Origin: Thermoplasmatota archaeon
Lineage (GTDB): Archaea; Thermoplasmatota; E2; DHVEG-1; B18-G2
Assembly: GCA_029259115.1 (NCBI GenBank)
Contig: JAPDJO010000028.1
Location: 1-64,000, forward strand
Direction of reading: 5' to 3'
DNA length: 64,000 nt
The translations under genes were made by a program, and so were the position numbers. A model generated the notes under the pieces. The model ran no database searches. It was not told where the DNA came from and saw nothing but the letters and a program-made list of their open reading frames with translations. Below are positions 29,333 to 39,895 of this stretch, in pieces (the stretch's first letter is position 1; each line of letters opens with the position of its first letter).

Positions 29333-30829
29333 ATGGAAGAACTATCCATTAATGAGAAAAAGGTCCTCCTTGCGCTTGCTAGGATCAGAAGAAAAGCAAC
29401 TCCAAAGAAGATACTTGAAAATACTGATCTAGCAAATGAAGACGAGGTAGCAAATGCTCTATCTTGGCTGAGATTTAAGAACTTGGTTAAGATAAATGAA
29501 AAAGTGAAAAAACTTTACTCATTAGGTGAAGAGGGTAAGAAGCTCGCTGAGAATGGGTTGCCAGAGAGAAGGGTTTTGAATTTACTCGTAAAGAAGGGAC
29601 AAGCATCTCTCAAGGATTTAAAAGAGGTTTTAGATGATTACGAAGTACCGATAGCTATCGGTTGGCTAAAGAAGAGGGGGTGGGCAGAGATAGAAAAGAA
29701 AGGGAAGGACATTATTTTAAGATTGACAGAAAAGGGGAGGTTAGATAAGGATAAAAAATTGATAGAGGAAGAGATTCTCTCGATCTTGAAAGATAGAAGC
29801 TGGACCGAGATCGAAGAAGAAAAGATCAGGGTATTGAAATCAAGGAGAGGTGTAGTGGAGGAAAAAGAAGTAACCATCATAGAAGCTGAACTCTCGGAAA
29901 AAGGTAAGGAGTTGGCAGATAAGGGTATAAAGATAGAAGAAGAGATAACCCAGCTTACTTCTGATGTAATAAAAAGGAGGGTTTGGAAGGAGAAAAAACT
30001 GAGACCCTACGATATAAATATCTTTGTATCGCCAACATATGGAGGAAAACCCCATCCAATATCTTTGCTAAAAGAGGAAGTAAGAGAGATTTTTCTAGAA
30101 ATGGGATTCGAAGAGATTGAAGGAGATTATGTCGAATCTTCCTTCTGGAACATGGATGTTTTGTTTATACCTCAAGATCATCCAGCCAGAGATATGCAGG
30201 ATACTCTTTATTGTAAAGACTTGGTAGCTAAGGATATAGACAAGAAAATACTAAAGATGATAAAGGAAATCCATGAAAACGGCTGGAAAACTGGTTCAAA
30301 AGGTTGGAGGATTCCTTTCTCGGAGGAAGAAGCAAGGAAAGTCCTACTAAGAACACATACAACGGTTAATACCATAAGATATCTATACAAAAATCCTAAT
30401 CCTCCAGCGAAAGTATTCTCGATAGGAAGAGTGTTCAGAAGAGAAAACTTAGATTCAACCCATCTACCGGAATTTTATCAAATAGAAGGAATAGTTCATG
30501 AAAAGAATGCAAATTTCAGACAACTCATAGGGGTTCTAAGGGAGTTCTACAGGAGGATGGGATTTAAAAAGATAAGATTCAGGCCTGCATATTTTCCATA
30601 CACCGAGCCAAGCATGGAGGTAGAAGTTTTCTGGAATGGAAGGTGGATGGAGCTTGGAGGAAGTGGAATATTCAGACCTGAAGTTACTCTTCCAGCTGGA
30701 GTTAAAAATCCTGTTTTGGCCTGGGGACTTGGATTAGAGAGATTAGCTATGCTAAGATATGGTTTAGATGATATAAGGCAACTCTACATTAGTGATCTGG
30801 ATTGGTTAAGAAAGATTCTTCTTTTGTAA
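29333..30829 (+). CDS. pheS: Phenylalanine--tRNA ligase alpha subunit
   Basis: FWNMDVLFIPQDHPARDMQDT, LRTHTT, FRRENLDSTHLPEFYQIEG, FPYTEPS and AWGLGLERLAM. Confidence 0.97.
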   Translation: MEELSINEKKVLLALARIRRKATPKKILENTDLANEDEVANALSWLRFKNLVKINEKVKKLYSLGEEGKKLAENGLPERRVLNLLVKKGQASLKDLKEVLDDYEVPIAIGWLKKRGWAEIEKKGKDIILRLTEKGRLDKDKKLIEEEILSILKDRSWTEIEEEKIRVLKSRRGVVEEKEVTIIEAELSEKGKELADKGIKIEEEITQLTSDVIKRRVWKEKKLRPYDINIFVSPTYGGKPHPISLLKEEVREIFLEMGFEEIEGDYVESSFWNMDVLFIPQDHPARDMQDTLYCKDLVAKDIDKKILKMIKEIHENGWKTGSKGWRIPFSEEEARKVLLRTHTTVNTIRYLYKNPNPPAKVFSIGRVFRRENLDSTHLPEFYQIEGIVHEKNANFRQLIGVLREFYRRMGFKKIRFRPAYFPYTEPSMEVEVFWNGRWMELGGSGIFRPEVTLPAGVKNPVLAWGLGLERLAMLRYGLDDIRQLYISDLDWLRKILLL

Positions 30830-33800
30830 TGAGTTGGATACCAGATATAAGATCTTCGAACACAAAGCTAGAAGTAGAAACAGAAATCCTTTACCTAGGA
30901 ACCAAGTAGAAGTTATATACACCTCTCCAATATCTGGAAATTCATAAACGAGTTCTTTGCAACCCCATATACCTCCAACTGATGCAGACAATATGACAGA
31001 TAATAAAAGATACAGAAGTGACATAACTATCACACTAAGAAATATGGACAGGATTATGGAAATTTTTCCTTTCCTCTTATCTCCCCAAACCATATGAGAT
31101 AGTATCATCAAAACATCCAGGATTATAATGAAGATAGCTATCCCAAATATGTCTCCAACCACACTTGGTAGAGCTGTTGCTTCGCCCCAAGATAGATCTT
31201 GATAACTCTTAAACGTAAACACTTTGGATGAAAATAGGTGAAGTTTAGAATACACTTGATATCCATCTTTCTCCCCAAAGAGTTCCCATACTGGTAGAGA
31301 TGTAGAGATAATTATCAGAAACAAAGATAGTGAAAGAAAAACGCTTTCTGGCTTTCTTTTTGCAAAAAGCAATATTGTGATCAGGAATAGGATGAAAGCT
31401 GTAACAAGAACATAAATTTCTACAGGATTCTCATCAACATAGACTATCATTTGAAGATTTTCGCGAATATTTACTATACTGCTAGCTATCAATCTATCAC
31501 CTTCAAAAATATCTATTCTATATTTACCAGGTGGAATTTGTAAAACTTTGATGTTTTCTGACTTTAGAATCTCTCTGCCTTCTCTATGCATCTCTACAGC
31601 AATATCTTTTCTAACATTATCCAAGAGGTCTTTTACCTGCACATCGATGGTATAGCTAACAGGTATTTCTATGGTTATCTTTTTATTTCCATCTAGATGG
31701 ATTGGTTTCTCGTACTCGAAAGATTTGTAGAGCAATCTAAGCGTATAATTACCCTCTGGAATTCTAGTGAAAATATAGTTGCCATCAATAAAGTCAGCTT
31801 TAACTCTATTTAGATCCACATGTAGATCATCCTCAAAAGGGAGACCAAAGCTATCTATAATTCTGACATCAAGATTATAAAGACGGATCTTTTTATCTCT
31901 ACGAAGAGAAAGCATGGGTAGAAAATCTTTAGTTTTGATTTCATCAGAGAAAATCTTCAGATTTTTGTAGAATGCCTCGACTCTATAGTCTGAAAGGGGT
32001 AGCCTTATCTTGATCTCTCCATCATTATCACTGATATAACTCCCCACAACTTCTCCATCTTTTATAACATTTAGATTGATGCCCTTTATTGGATTACTGT
32101 ATTGATCTTTCAGATTGTATTTCAGCCTTACTTCTGGCTTACAGGCAATTACACAAGTTTTGTCTTTTTTCAAATTCACGACCTTCAATCCCACAAATTT
32201 CTTGATCCTTCCGAATCTGAAATATACTTTCACAACGTACTTTCCTTCCTCGAGTTTTGGAAATTTCACCTTTTGAAGGATAGAGACATTCTTGGCATCA
32301 AGATACAAATATTTTCCAATATCTTTGAGATACTCGGGTATTTCTTTGAGCTTTATCAGAGTGTATCTCTTAAGAAGAGCAGAAGAAACAAGGTGTTCAT
32401 CCTTATACAGCTCAACAGTAACAATAGGCATGGGAAATCTTGACACAGCAGCAATTAAAGGGTATGATAAACCTTGAAGTGTAGGGATAATGGTAAGATT
32501 GTATACTTTTCTCTCTATCTTCTCACTATAATTCCAGTCTCCTCCTTTATAAGTTGATGAAAATACTCGCGCAAATCTGTCTGCTTCATTTTTTATCTTA
32601 AGATATCCATCTTTGGTGTAATAAAATTCCGAAACAAAACTTGTCTCCAGATTCGAAGGCAATTCCAATATCTCTTTCTCTCCCTTTTCGTAAGAATTCC
32701 TACCGACAGATATTCCTGTGCCTTGTATCAAAAGACCAGGCATATCTATCCATTTTGATAAACCAGCAGTTACCTGCAAACCCTCCCTTCCTTTTGAAAA
32801 AAGACTCGTGTTTGTAAATATCAGAGCAAATGTGTCCCCTCTACTACCAAAATCCATAGAGATCCAAGGTTTTTTACCCAGATCCTCATCGTCTTCTGGC
32901 AAAATTATCCATCTGCGCCTAGCTCCACCGATATCTCGTGGGAATTTGTATTCCTTGATAATATTTTCTTCACTAAAGAAATGTATGTATGGAATAAACA
33001 AACCCGTATTGAGTTCCTCTATGTTTGTGCTCCTGATTATAGAAGTAATCATTGTAACAATATTTCCTCCCTGAGCACCAGTTCCTGTAGAGACTCTTTT
33101 TTCTTTTATTTTCTGATATGAAAAGACTACTATTCTCTTATCGCTTGTTGGGGAATAATAATAGGTGTAAACATTTCTTGTTAGTAAGTTTCCATCAAAA
33201 GATTCGGTTTCTATCCCGAATCTAACCATAAGATTGCCATCCACGAGTATCTTCTTGCTTCGAAACCTTTCCATTGATCCCACAGATCCGGCTGACTTTG
33301 TTTTATCAAGATACATCAATGCATAGGTTGTGGCAACTAACCAGTTATTAAGTGATACGTCTCTTGATTTCTCTTTTAGTTTAACTATTCTCTGGGCGAA
33401 TCTTAATCCAGTAACAGAACCGTCGTAACATACTAGAAAAGGAGTATACCCGTCTTCTTCTATCAAATAATATCTAACATCAGCCTCATAGCCTCTTATT
33501 GGCTCATAGTAAAATCTGCCTTCCCTCAAAGATACATGATCCTTATACTCGGGCGCAGGAGTGGGTTTATCACTATAAGCCACAAAATATCTTTCTCTAC
33601 CATCAGCAAAATCTGGGATCAGAAAAACGAGGTTGCATGACTTAATATGACTGTCATCTATGAATTCTAGATTGTATATTTGAGATTCTATCTCCCTATA
33701 TTCTCCATTATGATAAACAAAGACTCTCGCCGATCTGTTTGTCTCATCTTTTGCCCAGCATGGATGACTGAATTCTATTCTAATGTCAATCGGATAATAT

Positions 33801-33940
33801 CTAGAACTAGGATCTGTTGTATCGATGGGAACATTTATCTCTTCACGGTATCGAAAGTTAATATCTTCTTCATGTGAGGAGGTGGAACTTAACAATGAAA
33901 ATAAGATTATTAGTAGCATGGTAAGCCATTCAAGCTTCAT
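30806..33940 (-). CDS. Large membrane-anchored exported protein (beta-sandwich / carboxypeptidase-regulatory-like repeats, C-terminal multi-TM domain)
   Basis: Signal peptide, about 830-aa extracellular region with PxGxY repeats and about 5 C-terminal TM helices. Confidence 0.75.
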   Translation of the reverse strand: MKLEWLTMLLIILFSLLSSTSSHEEDINFRYREEINVPIDTTDPSSRYYPIDIRIEFSHPCWAKDETNRSARVFVYHNGEYREIESQIYNLEFIDDSHIKSCNLVFLIPDFADGRERYFVAYSDKPTPAPEYKDHVSLREGRFYYEPIRGYEADVRYYLIEEDGYTPFLVCYDGSVTGLRFAQRIVKLKEKSRDVSLNNWLVATTYALMYLDKTKSAGSVGSMERFRSKKILVDGNLMVRFGIETESFDGNLLTRNVYTYYYSPTSDKRIVVFSYQKIKEKRVSTGTGAQGGNIVTMITSIIRSTNIEELNTGLFIPYIHFFSEENIIKEYKFPRDIGGARRRWIILPEDDEDLGKKPWISMDFGSRGDTFALIFTNTSLFSKGREGLQVTAGLSKWIDMPGLLIQGTGISVGRNSYEKGEKEILELPSNLETSFVSEFYYTKDGYLKIKNEADRFARVFSSTYKGGDWNYSEKIERKVYNLTIIPTLQGLSYPLIAAVSRFPMPIVTVELYKDEHLVSSALLKRYTLIKLKEIPEYLKDIGKYLYLDAKNVSILQKVKFPKLEEGKYVVKVYFRFGRIKKFVGLKVVNLKKDKTCVIACKPEVRLKYNLKDQYSNPIKGINLNVIKDGEVVGSYISDNDGEIKIRLPLSDYRVEAFYKNLKIFSDEIKTKDFLPMLSLRRDKKIRLYNLDVRIIDSFGLPFEDDLHVDLNRVKADFIDGNYIFTRIPEGNYTLRLLYKSFEYEKPIHLDGNKKITIEIPVSYTIDVQVKDLLDNVRKDIAVEMHREGREILKSENIKVLQIPPGKYRIDIFEGDRLIASSIVNIRENLQMIVYVDENPVEIYVLVTAFILFLITILLFAKRKPESVFLSLSLFLIIISTSLPVWELFGEKDGYQVYSKLHLFSSKVFTFKSYQDLSWGEATALPSVVGDIFGIAIFIIILDVLMILSHMVWGDKRKGKISIILSIFLSVIVMSLLYLLLSVILSASVGGIWGCKELVYEFPDIGEVYITSTWFLGKGFLFLLLALCSKILYLVSNSLQKKNLS

Positions 33941-33990
33941 CTGAAAAAGTGATTTAATTTAGAATTTTATATAATTATCGAATCAAATTT

Positions 33991-35484
33991 TTAGATGGTG
34001 AATTTTCTCTGTAGAAATTTGTTTTCAAGATATCTAACAAATATCTGTGGATTTAAACCCTCTCCGCAACACATCTTCATTATATCTTCAGACGTATACA
34101 TTCTTCCGTATCTGTGAATATTTCTCACGAGCCAATCTTTTATTTCGTTAAAATCTCCATGCTCCACCTTGCTATCCATATCTTCGATGTCCCTTCTTAG
34201 AGCATACAACTGTTGAGCAGAATAGATGTTACCAATGGTATAGCTGGGGAAATAGCCAAAATCTCCCGTACTCCAATGCATATCTTGGAGGATCCCTTCT
34301 CTATCAGATTTGGGCCTAATTCCAATAATCTCCTCCATCTTCTCGTTCCAGATCTCTGGTAGATCCTTTGCCTCTATCCTATTTTCTATAAGCTCTGTTT
34401 CTATCTCAAACCTCAAAACTATATGTAAATTGTAGCTAACCTCATCGGCTTCTGTTCTGATCAAGGATCTTCTGATTGTGTTAACATATCTATAAATATC
34501 TTCTATATCTGCTTCAAATCTCGGCTCGACCTTCTTCAAAATTGGATAGAAAAATCTCCAAAAGCTGTAACTCCTTCCTATAATGTTCTCCCAGAATCTC
34601 GACTGCGATTCGTGCAAGCCCAAGGAGGGAGCATCTGATATTACAGTATATCTAAATTTACCTTTTGGCAGATTCAACTCGTAAATCGCATGTCCTGCCT
34701 CATGCATAGTAGAGAATAAGGATGACAGAGGATTTTCTTTTAGATATCTTGTCGTTATCCTAACATCAAAGGTTGATAACCTTGTCGTAAACGGGTGTTC
34801 GGATAGATCGATCCTGAATCTATCTTTCTTTAAACCTAGGTATCTAAGAATTATATGTGATAACCTTTCTTGAGATCTAACGCTTAGTTTGATGTTTATT
34901 CTTTCTTCACTTTCAAGCTTATCTAGAAGTTTGGATAGTTTCTCTCTAAGATATTCAAAAGCTGGCTTCAGCTTTTCATATCTCATACCCTCCTCATAGT
35001 CGTCCAGAAGATTGTTATAGATATGTCCCTCCAAATTTATATAGCTGCAATACTCTCTCTTCAATTCTACTATCTCCTTCAGATGAGGAAGAAATATATC
35101 GAATTTTGATCTCTTCTTTGCAATCTCCCAAGCAGAATAAGATAGTGCTTCTGCCTTGCTTAGTCTCTCTATAAAATCTGCAGGAATTTTTCTTGCTTTT
35201 TCAACGTCTTTCTTTAGCCTCTCCACGACAATCCTGTCTTCCTCTGATAATCTCTCAATGTTTCTCTCGTTCGTCAAAAATTCTATGTTTCTCCAAAAAT
35301 CGTCAGAAATCAGTATCTCATGCAGTCTTTTCGAGAGAAGGGATATCTGGAGAGATCTATCAGCTAGTGCTCTTTTGGGCATGTATGTCTTTTGGTCCCA
35401 ATCTAAAAGAGAAACTACTCCACCTAAAAGGAAGATTTCTCTTTGCTTATTATATACAAACCTTAATGCATCTCTTACCTTCAG
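33991..35484 (-). CDS. Carboxypeptidase Taq family (M32) metallopeptidase (probable CTG start)
   Basis: HPF, HEAGHAIYE, HESQS, IRTEADE, QDMHW and GYFPSY. The frame extends upstream of the tracked ATG to include the conserved LLDWDQKTYMP and begins at CTG 35484. Confidence 0.93.
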   Translation of the reverse strand: MKVRDALRFVYNKQREIFLLGGVVSLLDWDQKTYMPKRALADRSLQISLLSKRLHEILISDDFWRNIEFLTNERNIERLSEEDRIVVERLKKDVEKARKIPADFIERLSKAEALSYSAWEIAKKRSKFDIFLPHLKEIVELKREYCSYINLEGHIYNNLLDDYEEGMRYEKLKPAFEYLREKLSKLLDKLESEERINIKLSVRSQERLSHIILRYLGLKKDRFRIDLSEHPFTTRLSTFDVRITTRYLKENPLSSLFSTMHEAGHAIYELNLPKGKFRYTVISDAPSLGLHESQSRFWENIIGRSYSFWRFFYPILKKVEPRFEADIEDIYRYVNTIRRSLIRTEADEVSYNLHIVLRFEIETELIENRIEAKDLPEIWNEKMEEIIGIRPKSDREGILQDMHWSTGDFGYFPSYTIGNIYSAQQLYALRRDIEDMDSKVEHGDFNEIKDWLVRNIHRYGRMYTSEDIMKMCCGEGLNPQIFVRYLENKFLQRKFTI

Positions 35485-35918
35485 ATCATCCCCTCCAATA
35501 TCTTTATCATCTTTTCAGATATCTTGTCCAACTTATTTCTGATTTCTTGAGATAAATCTAAACCATAAGACATATCCTTCGGTTGTATCCCTACAATAAC
35601 AACCTCTCTAGGTTTATCATAAAGTATCTTAGATAACTCTACCAACTTTTTGATATCAAAAGAATGTGTCGAAAACAGCTTTTCTCCATCTACATCCTCT
35701 AGATCGAAAATCTTTAAATCGCCAGGCGCACCCCCAAAATCTATCGCATCTAGCAAGATTATTCTGTCATATCTAGACAGAACATCTATAAGCTTTAAAG
35801 CCCCTGTCCCACCGTCTATAATCTCTATCCTTTTCCCCAGTTTTTTTCTCAAAACAATCCCTACAGCATCATCCTTCCTCAGTGCGTTTCCAAGGGCTAT
35901 CACGGCTATCTTTTCCAT
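35481..35918 (-). CDS. Hydrogenase maturation protease
   Basis: ALGNALRKDDAVG, IIDGGT, LLDAI and FSTH; last hydrogenase gene before the M32 peptidase. Confidence 0.92.
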   Translation of the reverse strand: MEKIAVIALGNALRKDDAVGIVLRKKLGKRIEIIDGGTGALKLIDVLSRYDRIILLDAIDFGGAPGDLKIFDLEDVDGEKLFSTHSFDIKKLVELSKILYDKPREVVIVGIQPKDMSYGLDLSQEIRNKLDKISEKMIKILEGMI

Positions 35919-37204
35919 TTCACCCTCACTCTCAAACTATGAGTTGAACATGATATGCATGGATCGTAGGCTCTTACAAGCATCTCAAGCATGCGCTCTA
36001 TCTCTTCTTTAGACCTATCCATTATCTCTGGAACAAACTTTTCCATATCCTTTTGTATGTTTACATGATTTTGATTGGTTGGTATGACAAGATTTGCTCT
36101 TCTGCATCTTCCTCTACCATCGATCTCATAATCATGTATGAGTAAACCTCTAGGAACTTCAACCATACCTATGCCTCTGCCCTCCTTGGGTTTTATTTTG
36201 GGTATTTTTTCCTCTTTCAATCCATTGTCCAAGAGTCTATTGATTATGTCTATAGACTTTTCCATGTTGTGAGCTATCTCTACGATCTGAGCTATACTGT
36301 TCATGAAAGGATTATAGCATGGAGCCTTTAAATCAAATATAGATGATATTTTCTTAGCAAAGTCTGAGAGATTTCTGCTATTAATGTTGAATCTAGCCAA
36401 TGCACCTACCATGTACGAATCTCTAACATGCTTGGAATGTTTTGCCGTAGATACATCCACAACATACTCTTTGAGGAACTCTCTGTAATCTCCTTTCAGA
36501 TAGCCAATATCACTTGATTTTGGAATCCCATCATAAAATGGGTAAATTCCTTCCTTGGATAAAGCTATGTACTCTGTTTCTCTCAAAAAGTCTGGAAAAT
36601 TGTTTATTCTTTTCTCCATCTCATAAGAAAATTCCTCTAACAGTCTCTTCCCATTTTTTATTTCATTTTTTATCCTCTCAAGTTCTCTCAAGCTTGGATA
36701 GGAGTAAAATCCACCAACAGCTAGAGATACGGGATGGGTTGTCCTACCTGCAACGAGATCTGATAATCTATTTGCAAGTTTATGTAATTCTAGCACTTTC
36801 TTTACCAAGTTCTTATCTTCTTTCGCAACCTCGATAATGTCCCTCTTTCCAAAAAGGTCAGGAAGAACTAGAAAGCCTACATGCAATGAATGGCTCTGCA
36901 TATTCTCTGCATGGAGAGCAAGCTTTCTCAACTCTACAGTTTGATCTGATACTTCTATAGATAAAGCAGATTCCACGGCTTTTATCGAAGCGAGAGTATG
37001 ACCTATCGAGCATATACCGCATATCCTCGAAGTTATGAAAGGAAGATACTCGTAGCTCTGGTCTTTAACAATCGCCTCAAAGAATCTCGGCGCCTCCGGG
37101 ATCTGCCACTCTATCTTCTCTATTTCGTTATCTCTGATCTCTACAAGTATATTTCCATGTCCCTCTACTCTGGTAACGTAGTGAACATCTATTCTCTTCT
37201 CCAT
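35906..37204 (-). CDS. hydA: Group 3b [NiFe]-hydrogenase (sulfhydrogenase) large/alpha subunit
   Basis: TRVEGHG, EAPRFFE, L1 SRICGICSIGH, EVPRG and L2 RAYDPCISCSTH with a cleavable C-terminal tail. Confidence 0.95.
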   Translation of the reverse strand: MEKRIDVHYVTRVEGHGNILVEIRDNEIEKIEWQIPEAPRFFEAIVKDQSYEYLPFITSRICGICSIGHTLASIKAVESALSIEVSDQTVELRKLALHAENMQSHSLHVGFLVLPDLFGKRDIIEVAKEDKNLVKKVLELHKLANRLSDLVAGRTTHPVSLAVGGFYSYPSLRELERIKNEIKNGKRLLEEFSYEMEKRINNFPDFLRETEYIALSKEGIYPFYDGIPKSSDIGYLKGDYREFLKEYVVDVSTAKHSKHVRDSYMVGALARFNINSRNLSDFAKKISSIFDLKAPCYNPFMNSIAQIVEIAHNMEKSIDIINRLLDNGLKEEKIPKIKPKEGRGIGMVEVPRGLLIHDYEIDGRGRCRRANLVIPTNQNHVNIQKDMEKFVPEIMDRSKEEIERMLEMLVRAYDPCISCSTHSLRVRVKWKR

Positions 37205-37944
37205 ACTCTATCACCAAAGTTGAACATGTTCCATTTATCTGCTAGATCCTCATAACTCAGGTTATACCTATCGAATATCTCTCTTATATATTCAGTTGAT
37301 GGTTTTTCCAATATACCTCTGCACCCTAAACAAGGCGAACCTTTGGAAGGACATATCGCATCGCAACCAGCCAGAGTTATGGGGCCAAGGCAGAACTTTC
37401 CCTCTTCAAATAAGCATGGATTGCCTTTCTTCTTACATTCTACGCATACTGGGTAATTTGGTAACTCGAATTTTTTGCCTAGTGCAATTGATGTTACAAA
37501 TCTCTTGAATTCCTCTCTGTCTATCGGACAACCAGGAATATAGTAATCTACTTTGACTACCTCATCTACAGCTTTAGCTTTCTCGGAATTGAAGAAAGGG
37601 TTATCTTTGAGATTTTTATCCCCATATATAGATTTCAGAAGTATGTCTCTTTCAAATCTATTTCTAAGCTTGTTTACACCACCAAGACAAGCGCAACTTC
37701 CAAAAGCTACTAAGATTTTTGCATTTTTCCTTATCTCTTTGAGTCTCTCCTCATCCATCGGTCTATTGATCGAACCCTCTACAAACGCTATATCGTAGTT
37801 ATCCAAGCGTATATCCGATATTTCTCTGAATGAGACAATATCGACTATCTCTATTAGATCTAGAATCTCTTCTTCCAGATTTGCTACCTGAAGTTGACAA
37901 CCTTCGCAACTTGCAAAATCGAAAAATGCTACCTTTACCTTCAT
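37189..37944 (-). CDS. hydD: Group 3b [NiFe]-hydrogenase small/delta subunit
   Basis: SCEGCQ, VEGS, GSCACLGG, PGCP, PVCVEC, CLGPIT.AGC.A.CP and C.GCRG. Confidence 0.93.
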   Translation of the reverse strand: MKVKVAFFDFASCEGCQLQVANLEEEILDLIEIVDIVSFREISDIRLDNYDIAFVEGSINRPMDEERLKEIRKNAKILVAFGSCACLGGVNKLRNRFERDILLKSIYGDKNLKDNPFFNSEKAKAVDEVVKVDYYIPGCPIDREEFKRFVTSIALGKKFELPNYPVCVECKKKGNPCLFEEGKFCLGPITLAGCDAICPSKGSPCLGCRGILEKPSTEYIREIFDRYNLSYEDLADKWNMFNFGDRVWRRE

Positions 37945-39857
37945 GAAAATGCCTCCGGGAGATCTTTTATCTCCGAATACCTAAACACAGGTCCCTCTTT
38001 GCATACGTATACTCCATTTATCTGACAGTGACCACACTTTCCTATACCGCATTTCATTCTTCTCTCTAAAGAAACGAATATATCTTCATCCCTTATCCCT
38101 ATATCTTTAAGACATTTTATCACAAACTTATACATCACTGGAGGACCTACTACTATCGCTATCGTATTCCTTGGATCTCTGATCTCTATCTCAGAAAACA
38201 GGGTTGTAACTACTCCTATCTTTCCATCCCATCTCATACCTTCTGGGCAGGTATCTACAGATAATCTAATCTCCACATCTCTTGTTTTCTCCCATTCCTT
38301 GATCTCATCCATAAACAACACATCTCTGGGTGTTCTTGATCCGTAGAGTATGAAAACTTTTCCAAATCTGGATCTGTTATTCTTAGAGAGAACATACTTT
38401 ATCAGGGATCTCAAAGGTACAATCCCGATTCCTCCTGCAACAAAAAGCAGATCCTTTCCTTCCATCTCATCTATGTTAAAACCTTTGCCAAGAGGACCTC
38501 TTATCCCTATTTTGTCGCCTTCCTTCATAGAGTGAAGTTTGCCTGTAAGGTTACCAACTTTCCTAACTACCAACTCAAATCTGTTACTTCCTGTTGGAGG
38601 AGATGATATAGATATAGGAGCTTCTCCTACGCCAAATATTGATACCTCTACAAACTGTCCTGGTTGGAAGTTAAATTTATCTCTCCCTACCATCTCTATC
38701 TCGAACAGTTTCTCTGATTCGGTTAGCGTTTCTATTCTCCTTATCATGGCAAACTCTGGTACAAAGGATGCTCTCGATTCCACGCCTTCTGGTAGTCTAT
38801 ATATCAGCTTTCCTTTTGATTCGCTCCTTCTCTCAAGAAGGGTATTGATTGCCTCGGCTGGATTTGCTATCTTGGGGATGCAAGCCTTGATGCATCTTCC
38901 ACAGCCAACGCATGCTATAAAGTTGTATCTTAGTGGAATGTAAAGGCCCTTCCTGTAAAACCTATGCCTGTATCTATCTAATTTGCTTTTCCTAAATATC
39001 TCTCCACTTGCTATCTTTGTGAAATCTGGCAGTAAGCAACTATCCCATGTTCTTATTCTCTCCCCGCTCTCTAAAGTTATAGACACTTCATCTCTCACAT
39101 CATAGCAATAGCAGGTTGGGCAAACTATCGTACAGGATCCACACTGCAGACATTTCTCTGATTCTTCCTCCCAAAACGGATGCTCATAAACATCCATCAA
39201 TAAAAATGGAATCTGATCTTTTTCGATCTCTATCTTTAGTTTGTACTTCTCAGGCAATTTCTCTCTATGCCTCTCAACCTTTTCAATATCTTCTTCACTA
39301 GCCTCTTCTATACCTTTAGCATATTTGAACAACAATTCCTTTCCCTCTTCACTTCCAACTTCTATAATTATTCCATCATCCAACTCCGTAAGCAGTAAAT
39401 CAAAGCCATCCTCTACCCTGTGGGTACCAAGGCTTGAAGCGAAAGAGTACTCACTAACATTGATTATATCTGAGCCTATGATGATCGTATTTTCTCTCCT
39501 CCTCTTATAAAGCTCGTCTGGACTTTCTTTCAGGTATACCTCATCCATTTGTTTTATAGCAACTATATCGTAAGGATGTACTCCTATGATTATCCTTTTT
39601 GTCTCTCCTTTGGAAATTCTTGCTCTCTGCTCCTTGACGTCAAACTTCATCAATTTCTCGTATGGAGGAAGCAAAAACACCTTTGGAGGTAAAATGGTGA
39701 TATCATAGTCCAATCTTAGCTCTCTTGAATTCTCCAATTCAGAAAAAACAAAATTTCCTCTTTTCTCTTTTACCCCAATGGTCTCAAAGTTCTCTATGAG
39801 ATTTTCTACGAATCTGTAAAAGTCGTCTTTATCAAGCTTGTATATCTCTCTACCCAT
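37941..39857 (-). CDS. Fused sulfhydrogenase beta (4Fe-4S) + gamma (FAD/NAD(P)-binding, 2Fe-2S) subunit
   Basis: The N-half has CLQCGSCTIVCPTCYC and CVGCGRCIKAC. The C-half has PGQFV..GVGEAPISIS, RGPLGKGF, GGIGIVPL and LERRMKCGIGKCGHC. There is no stop between the halves. Confidence 0.92.
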   Translation of the reverse strand: MGREIYKLDKDDFYRFVENLIENFETIGVKEKRGNFVFSELENSRELRLDYDITILPPKVFLLPPYEKLMKFDVKEQRARISKGETKRIIIGVHPYDIVAIKQMDEVYLKESPDELYKRRRENTIIIGSDIINVSEYSFASSLGTHRVEDGFDLLLTELDDGIIIEVGSEEGKELLFKYAKGIEEASEEDIEKVERHREKLPEKYKLKIEIEKDQIPFLLMDVYEHPFWEEESEKCLQCGSCTIVCPTCYCYDVRDEVSITLESGERIRTWDSCLLPDFTKIASGEIFRKSKLDRYRHRFYRKGLYIPLRYNFIACVGCGRCIKACIPKIANPAEAINTLLERRSESKGKLIYRLPEGVESRASFVPEFAMIRRIETLTESEKLFEIEMVGRDKFNFQPGQFVEVSIFGVGEAPISISSPPTGSNRFELVVRKVGNLTGKLHSMKEGDKIGIRGPLGKGFNIDEMEGKDLLFVAGGIGIVPLRSLIKYVLSKNNRSRFGKVFILYGSRTPRDVLFMDEIKEWEKTRDVEIRLSVDTCPEGMRWDGKIGVVTTLFSEIEIRDPRNTIAIVVGPPVMYKFVIKCLKDIGIRDEDIFVSLERRMKCGIGKCGHCQINGVYVCKEGPVFRYSEIKDLPEAFS

Positions 39858-39895
39858 GGTCAAATTGGGTATCGGGGATAGATTATTAATGGTTT

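Noticed and set aside
35906-37944. Selenocysteine or recoding in the hydrogenase subunits
   Set aside because: All metal-ligand positions are ordinary Cys codons and there is no in-frame TGA.
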